64,000 nt of DNA from Camelus ferus (lineage: Eukaryota): positions 120,778,001 to 120,842,000 of the forward strand of contig NC_045696.1 in assembly GCF_009834535.1 (NCBI RefSeq). Reading direction: 5' to 3'. The number at the start of each line of letters is the position of its first letter. Position 1 is the first letter of the stretch. This document shows positions 41,727 through 53,231 of the stretch, one piece after another. The notes beneath the pieces were generated by a model. It searched no databases and was not told where the DNA came from. It saw only the letters and a program-made list of their open reading frames with translations. A program made the translations under genes and the position numbers.

Positions 41727-41805
41727 GTAAGTACTGGACTCTGAGAAGGTGACTCTTCACAGTGACTTAGGATGAAGTGGCTCATAGTCTGTGTGTTTCT
41801 CTTAG

Positions 41806-41904
<99 letters not shown>

Positions 41905-42739
41905 TGACCTCTCTGACGTGTGAAAATATCACCCTCACAAGAAAATGTGAACAGTTTCAGTGTTACTGACTTTTAGGCGTTGAGTGAAGAAGACTCACAG
42001 TGTTTCATAGTTTTTACTGCATTTTGGAAACCAATTTTATTCTTCCTGGAAATACAGAGCATAGAGCTTTTTCAGTAGAACTTTGTATCCCCTACATGCA
42101 AGATAGAAACTAATGACCAGGGATGCGCTTGTCCTTAAGAAGAAAAGAATTCTTGTCTTCATAATATTTAGAGTTTTATGCGAAAAACTTTATAAATGTG
42201 TGTAATTGCTGATAAATGTCAACTTCCAGATGAGTGAGAGGCAACATTCTTTAGTATTTCCATGTAGAGATACTAACGCCATCATAAGAAATCAGCTTTT
42301 CTTTATCCTGTCTTCCCTTTCCTCCCATTGTCAGTTTCTTAAAATGAGTGTAGAGTTAGAGTTTGCGCTGTCCGAGGTGGGCTGTGCCCTCAGTGACCCT
42401 CTGATCTGTCCCAGTTGAGCACCTCATCTCCTAAGTCATGCGGTTGATTAAACGAGAAACCTAAAGTCCAATCTGTCACTCCATAACAGAAACAAACTTC
42501 TGCTTTTAAGAGCAGTCATAGAAAACCTAGAGACTTGTGTAAAACAAGATGCCTCTAAATGAGTTTGCTTGAACTGAGATCCAGGATAGAAATGTGGGTT
42601 GTTACAACATACTTAATTTAATAAAATAAAATTGGTACTTCTAGAATACATATGTTTTCTTAACAGAAACCCACATTCCCTTACCATTTGTTCTCCCTAT
42701 AACTAAAATAGTATAGTATAGCTTTTTAAAGATGTTACT

Positions 42740-43400
42740 AGTTATTCAACTTTGAACAAGTATTTATTGTTATACTTAACTTGATCTCTTTGAGAAATAA
42801 AGAGGGTGAAAGCACCTCCTTATGGGTGGGGGCCTCACATTTTAGGTAGAGAGTTAACAGTGACATGCTTGGAACAAATGAAAGGCAGACCAAGGTAGTA
42901 GACAGTTAAGTCTTAAACACTGAGATTTACCAGATTTACAAGAACAGGGCAAATTCAGACTTGGGGCCTGGGCTTGAAGGGAAGGAAGGGTTTAGATAGG
43001 AGGTCAGCTGAGGGAGAGCAAGGGTGAAAGCAGAGAGGAATAAAGAAGCCTCGAGGGGATTGTGGCTTCTGAATTGGTTGGCCAGGAAGAAGTGGAAGGA
43101 GTGTGAGTGGCCTAGAGGGTGGTTAAACAGGCTGAATGATGGGCTCTGGAAGGCCTTTGAAAGCCAGGAGGAAGGTTCTGAACATGTTTCAGTAGACAGT
43201 AAAAAGCAATAAACTAGAGTTTTGAGTAGTTGAAAGAATATTTTTGAATATTTGGAGGGAAACGCAAAGGCTTTTCGGAAGGAGAAGTGCTGCATGATGG
43301 TGGTAGCCAGCGTGTCAGGATGTGGGGTCAGGGGAGGACAGGGGTAGCACCAGGCAAGGTAGAGGTGAGTCCATGAGAAGTGAGGGATTGAATCTGAAGC
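42740..43400 (-). mobile_element. L2 fragment, antisense
   Basis: ttattcaactttgaacaagtatttattg followed by GA-rich body with ggcctttgaaagccagg and gagttttgagtag. Confidence 0.5.
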
Positions 43401-43756
43401 TTCTGTTGACTAGAAAGTGCATGCTCAGTATTGGCCAGGCATCTTTATTTACTTGTGTCCTGCTTCCTTCCAGAATTTGGCCAGTAGAGGATTTAATTTA
43501 GTCAGAGTTGAAGTTTTGCTCTGTATGCAGTTGAGCAGCACTCCTTAGACTTGATCTACTCCCACAGTGAGCATGTGCGCTGCTGCGCAGAGAAAGGTGA
43601 TGTACGGAGGAGGAGCACTGCTCTGCTCTCACTCTTATCTGAAAAATAATCCAGGTGTCTGTAGCCAGCCTTGCTGCAAGTTGTGACCCTTATTTCTTTG
43701 TTAAAGGAAAAAAGTCACATATTGGTGAGAGTTAACTTTCCTTTTGTGCCATATAG

Positions 43757-43876
<120 letters not shown>

Positions 43877-45069
43877 TAAAATACTTATTACATATTTCTT
43901 AACGTAGATGACTTTTTCATTTACTGTCCACCTGTAGATTTAAGCAGTCATTGAGCGTGATATGGACCAGCCCTGAAGGGTATATATAATTCATAGTACA
44001 CGCGTCCCTGGTTGTTTTCATGTTCTCTTTGAATTTATGCATAGATACATCCAGCTTTGCTGTGTGAGCAAACAGCTCAAATGATGTGGAGCCTGGTCTC
44101 AGTCTCCCAGGGTTTCTGACACCAGAGTCTTCATCATGACTGTCTGTTGTCTACCTGTGTTCTTCTGAAGGGTGTATTGTCTTCAGAATGAACAAAACCA
44201 CATTATTTTGTGGAAAAGTGGTTACCACGTGTGTATAATTCATGTTAGTTGATCCAGCTCACAAACTGGCAAAATGAAATACACTGATATTTCAGGCTAC
44301 TGCCTTATTCCCAGGTGCTTTAGGAATTTTTGCACAGTGTGATAAGTTGTTTACACTAGTTACCTATAATGTGTAATCATATCGCTCAGGGTTGCTATTA
44401 CCAGTTTATGCTTAAACTTATTTTGCCCTTAAAATATATATTTGTTCTTTTCACATTTTCTTTATTAGGAATTAATTGGTTATGTGTTTTAGCTGGAACC
44501 AGCATTTTGAAACCAATTACGTCTTTGTAGATGGGAATTAGTGAGAAGATTCCCCTCACCCATAATCAGTAGGAAATGTATTGGTTTTAAATTGTTCAAC
44601 ATCGAACTTGTGAATTGAAGTCTGCCAGGAATTCTGATAAAAGGAAAAGTTTCAGTCAACTTTATAAACTTCTGGGAAAGGAGACAGTTGGCAACAAAAC
44701 TATAAAAATAAAATGTCTGTTACTTAAACCTTGTAATGTAAAGCTTTCAGAAACTGCATTAGAGTTAGATAATTTTCAGCTGGTGTCCCTTGTCCTTATT
44801 GTTACACAGCAAGAATATGCATATGAGTTTACACAGAAGGTCTGTTTCTTTACATTTTATCTTGATCACATGCTACTTCAAGGTGATGTGGCTCATGTAA
44901 AGTTTGAAGATTTGACTCTAGCAGTTTTGAGTATAACCTCACCAAAGTTGTGCATTAGAAGTTGGGGACTGAATCTTTTGAGTTGGGTGTAGGGAGTAGG
45001 GAGCGGCAGAATGTAAGTTTGGAAAGATTTGTATGATTTTTCTTCCCATTTGCTGACCTGAAAAGTTCT

Positions 45070-45183
45070 CTTTTTATTTATTTTTAAATTTTTTTAATTG
45101 AAGCACAGTCAGTACAATGTGTAAATCTCTGGTGTACAGCACAGTGTCCTAGTCATGCATATACATACATATATTTTCGTATT
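45070..45183 (-). mobile_element. Very short 5'-truncated young L1 with TSD
   Basis: T-tail followed by aattgaagcacagtcagtacaatg...tctggtgtacagcacag...atacatacatatatt; flanked by CTGAAAAGTTCT (45058) and CTGAAGAGTTCT (45184). Confidence 0.85.
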
Positions 45184-45339
45184 CTGAAGAGTTCTTATTA
45201 CAGAATGAAACCAACCAGTGTAATCTACAAAGCCCAAACCCACTGACCTTACTCAGGATCTAGAAGAGGTTGGCTGGCACAGATAAGGCAAAGTTACCAA
45301 TTTAAAAACAACCCCAGTGGTTCTAATAGTGTGTCTTTA

Positions 45340-47538
45340 GAGGACTTCCATTTGAACATGACAGTATGCATTTATCATTCTTCTCTCCCTGGAACCTACC
45401 AAAATGGCAACCAACAAATAAAAGATAAACTAAAAAAGAGAAAAGTATGGATAAGACTTAGGGGAACAGGTATCTTCGAAGATGGGGACTAAGGCATAAG
45501 GCTAAAAAGAGGAAGTCAGGTTGAAATTCCGAGTAAGGAACCAGTAGAACTCTCCCAAGTACCTTTTCTGTTCTTGATGGCAGGCCATAAGTCTCATTTC
45601 AGGGACAAGAGTGGAGAGTGTAATTAAGATTTAAGACTGAGAACAGGGGGATTAAGGGCAAGTCATTGTCCTAGGTCCCAACTCCACTTTCTTAGAATGC
45701 CTGCAGCTGAGTATCTCCCTCCCTTCGTTCTCTAAGTCAGAAGGTTGGGGAGTTTTTTAGAGAAGCTGACTGGGCCTGGGGTGAGTCTAACAGTATACAG
45801 CAGTCTTAACTAAGCTCTTTGCTCTCAGGGTAGAGTTTACACGCTCCTGGCCTTTGTCTCATCATTCTGCAGTGAGGGCCACCAGTTGATAAACTCTGCA
45901 ATGCCCATGGAGTTTCTAGACTTTTATTTGCTTCAGTCTTGAATATAAATGGACAGTCAGGGATTGCGAGATATTTGGGGAAAGTCTTTGAAAGACACAG
46001 ACCGAACCAACAGAGAAAGGGGCCTCAGAGAAACAAAGATAATGCTGTATGCTGAAGAAAATTTCCAAAGACCATAAAAAATGATAGCAAAATACTTTAA
46101 ATAGAATGTTTTTCAAATAAATTCAAGGAATCTATCAGAAAGTAGAACAAAAAGTCAAGGAGGTGGACAATATAAAAAGAGTAAGGTACGAGTCAGGTCT
46201 GAAAATCAGAAAATAGAAGATCCAACATCCACCTAACAGTGGTGACAGGAAGAGAGAACAGAAAATGGGAAGATTTTATCAAACAACATCAGAAAATTTT
46301 CTGGAGGAAGGACTTGTAGAATAGAATTGCCCACCAGATGCTCAGCACAGTGTGTGTTAGGTGCAGGGTGAGGGGAGCAACACACCGAGGCCCATAGTCA
46401 GGCAAACTGAGGAACTTGAAGAGAGTCCTGCAAGCATCCAGAGGTGTTAGGGTGGGACAAAGGGCAAGGGGGAGAACATACCCAAGTGGTTTAGGAATTA
46501 AAGTAGCTTCTTGAGCCTTTCCAGATGTGACACTACACACTGGAGGCTAGAAAGCAGTAGAGGAAGGCCTTCAAACTGTGAGGAAATTTCTTCTCAGCTG
46601 AACTTACACGTGTAGGGGTAAAATTAAAATGTTTTCAGACATTCTAGTCTCAAAATGCATATCTTTTCTTAGAAACATACTGGTGGATATGTTATTACTA
46701 GATAAGAGAACAAGTTAAGGAAAAGGAAGACTAAGAACCCAGTGAGTTCTCTCCAGGGGAGGGGTGAATAGAGCCCCCAGGACGGGAGGGGAAGCTTCCA
46801 GACACTGGTCTTGCAGCAGACCTGGAAGTCACCAGCTCACACTGGAACAGGAGAGGACAATGCTCAGTAGTAAAGTGGCGCAGCGACCTGCCTGCTCAGT
46901 GGGGCGTGTGAAAAATACCACCGAGAAGGGCTGTATTTTGTGGAGGAGTTAGGGAATGATTAGTAATAGCTGTTAAGGAAACTAAGAGAATAAAAAATAG
47001 GCAGTTATTAACTTTATAAAAAATAAAACTTGAACAGGAAAAGAAATGCATTTAATTTGCATAGCCATGGAAACATCAGACCTTTCTGCTGCTTCTCTCC
47101 CCTATACCTGCTCACTGGTCCCTGGGGGCCTGGGGAGATGGAGGCGCCGTCTCAGCATGGGCGTGCGCTGTCACAGCGAGGGCAGAGGAACAGCACGTTA
47201 TGCACTAGTCCCTCAGTTTCCATGGAAGTGACCCAAGTACTGCTCATGTTTCTTAGCCAAAGCCAGTCACATCTGACTTCAGTGCGTTAAGAGGGGTAGG
47301 GAAATGCATTTCTATCACGTGCCTACAAGGAGAGCTGGAACTTTTGTGAGCTGTTCTAGTGACTACCACTCTGCTCACAGTGAGGAACTATAGAGAAAGA
47401 GTACTGGTGAGTTTTGTGCTACCTGTGTTGTAACAGGGGAGAGAAGGAGTAGATAGTGGGGCGGCCATGCTGTCACCTGTCTCAATAGACAGTGTACAGA
47501 ATTGATCAATAAAGAAGTAGCAGGATAAACATAATTAG
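45340..47538 (+). mobile_element. Old L1 (L1MC-like) remnant, sense; continues at about 52523-52640 after the nested young L1
   Basis: Degenerate 5' and ORF1-like sequence; 3' motif ataattagaaatatg...taaataccaaggaagacagc...ttgcctct is split by the young L1. Confidence 0.6.
47070..47372 (-). mobile_element. MLT1J/K/L-like LTR fragment
   Basis: tgctcatgtttcttagccaaagccagtcacat...gggaaatgcatttcta...tagtgactaccac. Confidence 0.65.
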
Positions 47539-47551
47539 AAATATGAAGATA

Positions 47552-50500
47552 TAGACGATTAACCCAAGTAGGAACATGCCAAGGCACATAGTCTTCAAAT
47601 TGACAGAAATTAAAGACAAAGAGAAAATATTAAAAATAGCAAGACAAAAACAATAGATGACATACAAGGGAACTCCCATAAGGTTATCAGGTGATTTTTC
47701 AGCAGAAATTCTACAGGCGAGAAGAGAGGGGCACAATATATTTAGTGATGACAGGGGAAAACCTACAACCAAGACTACTCCATCCAGCAAGGCTCTTACT
47801 CAGATTTGTTGGAGAAATCAGAAACTTCACAGATAAGCAAAAGCCAAGAGAATTCAGCACCACCAAACCAGCTTTACAACAAATGCTAAAAGAACTTCTC
47901 TAGATAGAAAAGAAAAGGCTACAACTAGAAATAAGAAAATTACAAAATGAGAAAGCTCACCCGTGAAGGTGAAAGTAGAGGTAGGAAATCATCCACACTC
48001 AAATTAATAGGGAAGTTAAAAGACAACGGTAGTAAAATCATCTGTATCCACAGTAAGCAGTTAAAGGATACAGAAAAAGTAGATGTAAAATATGATATCA
48101 AAACCAGTCATCATGAGGGCATGATGAGGGCATGATTGCAGGGTATCTAAAATGCATTTGAAATTAAGAGACCAGCAACTTCAAACAAACAAGCCAAAAA
48201 TCTATAATAGATATACATGCATGAGAAAGAGGAATCCAAATATAATGCTACAGTAGTCAAACCACAAGAGAAAAGAACAAAAAAAAAAAAAGAAAGAGAA
48301 AAAAAGACCTACAAAAACAAATCCAAAACAACAAATCAATAACAAATTATTGATAATTACCTTAAATGTAAATGGACTAACGCTCCAACCAAAAGACGTA
48401 GACTGGCTGAGAGGATACAAAAACAAGTCCTGTATCTATGCTGTCTACAAGAGACCCACTTCAGAGCTAGAGACACATGCAGGCTGATAGTGAAGGGGAT
48501 GGTAAAAGATATTCCATGCAAATGGAAACCAAAAGAGAGCTGGAGTAGCAATACTTACATCAGACAAAGTAGATCTTAAAATAAAGACTATTAAAAGAGA
48601 CAAGGACACCACATAATGCTCAAGGGATCAATCCGACAGAATAATTGTAAATATATACTCACCCAACATAGGAGCACCTCAATATATAAGGCAACTGTTA
48701 ACAGATATAAAAGGAGAAATTGACAGTAACACAATAATAGTGGGGGACTTTAACACCCCACTTAAATCAATAGACATATCATACAGACAGTAAATCAGTA
48801 AGGAAATACAGGCTCTAAATGACACATTAGACCATATGGACTTAATTGATATTTATAGAGCATTCCATACAAAAGCAGCAGAATCCACATTCTTGTCAAG
48901 TGCACATAGAACATTCTACAGAATTGACCACATGCTGGCCCACAAAGCAAAGCCTCAGTAAATTTTTAGAAAATTGAAATCATATCAAGCATCTTTTCCA
49001 ACCACAATGCTATGAGACTAGAAATCAACTACAAGAAAAAAAACTGCGAAAACCACAAACACATGGAGGCTAAACAATATGCTACTAAAACAAACAATAG
49101 ATCACTGAAGAAATCAGAGGAAATAAAAAATTAGAGACAAATGAAAATGAAAAACATGATGATCTAAAACCTCTGGGACACAGTAAAAGCAGATCTAAGA
49201 GGGAAGTTTATAGAAATACAAGCTTAATTCAGGAAATAAGAACGATCTCAAATAAACAACCTAAACTTATATCTAAAGATAAGAACAAACAAAACCCAAA
49301 GTTAGTAGGAGGAAAGAAATCAAAAAGATTAGGGTAGAAATAAATGAAATAGTAAAACAAAATAAAAACAACAACAGTGGAAAAGGTCAGTGAAACTAAA
49401 AGCTGGTTCTTTGAAAAGATAAACAAATTGATAAACTTTTAGTCAGACTCATTAAGAAAAAAATGGAGAGGGCCCAAATTAATAAAAATCACAAATGAGA
49501 TAGAAGTTATAACTGACACCAACAGAAATAAAAGGGATCCTAAGAGGCTACTATAAGCAACTATACACCAACAAAAAGGACAACCTAGAAGAAATGGACA
49601 GTGTCTTTGAAAGGTACAATTTGCCAAGACTGTACCAGGAAGAAATAGAAAATATGAATAGACACATTACCAGTGCTGCAATTAAATCAGTAATTTAAAA
49701 ACTCCCAACAAACCAAAGTCCAGGACCAGATGGCTTCACAAGTGAATTCTACCAAACATTTAGAGAAGAGTTAACACCTATCCTTCTGAAACTATTCCAA
49801 AATATTGCAGAGGAAGGAACACTTCCGAAGTCACTCTAGGAGGCCGTCATCACCCTGATAACCAAAATAAGACAAAGTTATCACAAAAAAAAAACATTAC
49901 AGGCTAGTATCACTTATGAATATAGATACAAAAATTCTTAACAAAATACTAACAAACTAACTCTAACAATACATTAAAAGGATCATACACCATGATCAAG
50001 TGGGATTTATCCCAAGGATGCAGGTATTTTTCAATATCTGCAAATCAATCAGCATGATGCACCACATTAACAAATTGAAGAATAAAAACCATATTATCAT
50101 CTCAATAGATGCAGAAAAGGCTTTTGATAAAATTCAACATTCATTTGTGATAAAAACTCTCCAGAAAGTGGGCATAGATGGAACATACCTCAACATAATA
50201 AAGGCCATATATGACAAACCCACAGCTAACATCATACTTAATGGTGAAAGCATTTCCTCTAAGATCAGAAACAAGACAAGGATGCCCACTCTCTCCACTC
50301 TTACTCAACGTGGTTTTAGAAGTCCTAGCCACAGCAGTCAGAGAAGAAAAAAAAAAAAAAAAAAAGAAATCCAAATTGGAAACAAAGTAAAACCATCACT
50401 GTTTGCAGATGACACGATACTATACACGAAAACCCTAAAGATGCTACCAGAAAACTACTATAGCTCATCAATGAATTTGGTAAAGTTTCAGAATACAAAA

Positions 50501-52509
50501 TTAATATACAGAAATCAGTTGCATTTCTATACACTAATGAAATATCAGAAAAAGAAATTAAGAAAACAATACCATTTAACATCCCAGGAAACAATACCGT
50601 TTAAAATACCCAGGAATAAACCTGTCTAAGGAAGCAAAGGACCTGTACTCTGAAAACTATGACACTGATGAAAGAAATTGAAGATGACACAAACAGAGGG
50701 AAAGATATACGCATCCTTGTATAGGAAGACGTTATTATTAAAATGACTACTACTACCCGAGGTAACATACGAATTCAGTGCAATCCCTGTCAAATTACCA
50801 ATAGCACTTCTTCACAGAATGGGAACAAAGAATTGCTAAATTTGTATGGAAGCACAAAAGACCCTGGATAGCCAAAACAATCTTGAGAAAGAAGAGCAGA
50901 GCTGGAGAAATCATGCTTTCTGACTTCAGAGTATACTACAAAGCTATAGTAATCAAAACAGTGTGGTAGTGGCACAAAATGACACATAGATCAACGAAAC
51001 AGGATAGAAGACCCAGCAATAAACCCACACACTTATGATCAATTAATCTATGACAAAGGAGCTAAGAATATACAATAGAGAAAAGACAGTCTCCTCAATA
51101 AATGGTGCTGGGAAAACTGGACAGCTACCTGTGAAAGACTGAAATTAGAACATTCTCTAACACTATATACAAAAATAAACTCAAGATGGATTAAAGACTT
51201 AAATGTAAGACCAGATACTGTAAAGCTCCTAGAGGAAAACATAGGCACAACACTCTTGGACATAAATTATAGCAATATTTTTTTAAAGCAGCTCCTAGAG
51301 TAATGGAAATAAAAGCAAAAATAAACAAATGGGACCGAGTTAAACTTAAAAGCTTTTGCACAGCTAAGGATATCAACAAAACTAAAAGACAACCTACGGA
51401 ATGGGAGAAAATACTTGCAAATAATGCAACCCACGAGCGACTAATTTCTGAAATATATGAATAGCTCCTGCAGCTTAATATCAAAAAAAAAAAAAAAAGA
51501 AAAAGAAAAGAAAAGATAAGCAACCCCATCAAAAAATGGGCAGAAGACCTAAATAGACATTTCTCCAAAGAAGACATCCAGATGGCCAGCAGGCACAGTA
51601 AAAGATGGTCAATTTCACTAATTATTTAAAAAAAAACTACAATGAGGTATCATTTCACACCAGCCAGAATGGCCATCACTGAAAAGTCTCCAAGTGATAG
51701 ATGCTGGAGAGGATATGGAGAAACAAGAGCCCTCCTACATGGCTTGGGGGAATGTAGGTTGGTGCAGCCACTATGGAAGACAGTAGAGAAGTTCTTTAAA
51801 AAACTAAAAATGGACTTATGATATGATCCAGCAATCCCACTCCTGGGCATATATCTGAAGGAAAATCCAATTCAAAAGTACACATGCACCCATGTTCATA
51901 GCAGCACTGTTTACAATAGCCAAGACATGGAAACAACCTAAATGTCCATCAACAGATGATGATACATGAAGATGTAGTGTGTGTTGTATATATATGCAAA
52001 TAACATTATTTTGTTCTTTTTAATGGTCTAGTAATACTCCATTATGTGTCTGCATGTGTGTGCACTTGCAGCAACATGGATGAACCTATAGATTATCATA
52101 TTAAATGAAGTAAGTCTGACATATAAAGACACATACCATATGATGTTGCTTACATGTAAAAATTTTTTTTAAAAAGGTACAAATTCTATTTTCAAACTGG
52201 AAATAGATTCGACAGACATAGAAAACAAACTGATTACCGGGGGAGTTGAGGGGGAGGGATAGATTAGGAGTTTGGGATTAACAGATACACACTGCTATAT
52301 GTAAAACAGACAATAAAGACCTACTGTATAGCACAGGGAAGTTTATTCAGTTTCTTGTAATGAGCCATAATGGAAAAGAAACTGAAAAAAATGTGTATTT
52401 TATGTATGTATATGTATAACTGAATCACTTTGCTGTACACCTGAAACTAACATTGTAAGTCGACTGACTACACTTCAATGAAAAATAAGAATCAAAACAA
52501 AACAAAAAT
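47552..52509 (+). mobile_element. ~5 kb 5'-truncated L1 in sense orientation: ORF1 3' half, spacer, degenerate full-length ORF2, 3'UTR and A-rich tail
   Basis: ORF1 end ...PALQQMLKELL* at 47903; EN start TLNVNGL near 48358; RT motifs IISIDAEKAFDKIQH and LFADD (~50400); many stops and frameshifts; degenerate TSD at 47539 and 52510. Confidence 0.95.
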
Positions 52510-53074
52510 AAATATGGGGATAAATACCAAGGAAGACAGCCAGAAGGGTTCACATTTGTTTGCCTCTATGCAGTGGGATTGGAGGTGAGGAAGTTTGGGC
52601 AGGGGACTGCAGTTTTTCATTATAAGCTTCTGTATATTACTTTGGTAGGATTAAAAAATAAAAAGTCTGGTAATACCCATACTTACAACAAGATGGTTGT
52701 AAGAATTAAATGCGATCACACGTGTACATATCACAGCAGCTGATCGGAAGCCTGAACCATTGCTTGCGGGCAGATGTTAGGTCTCTTTCCTGTCCTCAAA
52801 GCTTGGAGTGCCTAACCTGGAGCTTGCTGTGGCTTTCCCTCCACCGGGGGCTGGCGGGTAATGAGGGTGTGGAGTACATACTGTGCTCCAAAGAGGGTGC
52901 CGAAAGCTCCCACGTGAACTTTCCGTCTTCAGAGTTCAAGTGCTATTCAGAGCCGTAGGCTCAAGTCACTCCCCTGGGGGTATGGGAAGTATGTGCCACT
53001 TGTTTTTGCCCCCACTGGCCTATGGATACAAATTGAAATTAACTTGAATTTATTTGCTGTGTTTTTCTTCTTAG

Positions 53075-53231
53075 GACAGACCAGAGATTTGTTTTATGAA
53101 GGGTGCTTATGAGCAGGTGATTAAGTATTGTACTACATATAACAGCAAAGGGCAGACCTTGGCCCTCACCCAGCAGCAGCGGGATCTGTACCTGCAGGAG
53201 AAGGCCCAGATGGGCTCGGCTGGGCTCCGAG
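53075..53231 (+). CDS. ATP2C1: ATP2C1 exon (157 nt) [19 protein letters not shown]...[11 protein letters not shown](V)
   Basis: tcttag| acceptor and CGAG|gtaagg donor; KGA and GLR motifs. Confidence 0.97.

Noticed and set aside
50000..50629. Longest ORF (209 aa) with reverse transcriptase motifs, considered as a novel or domesticated RT gene
   Set aside because: It is a frameshifted fragment of ordinary L1 ORF2 inside a decayed L1.
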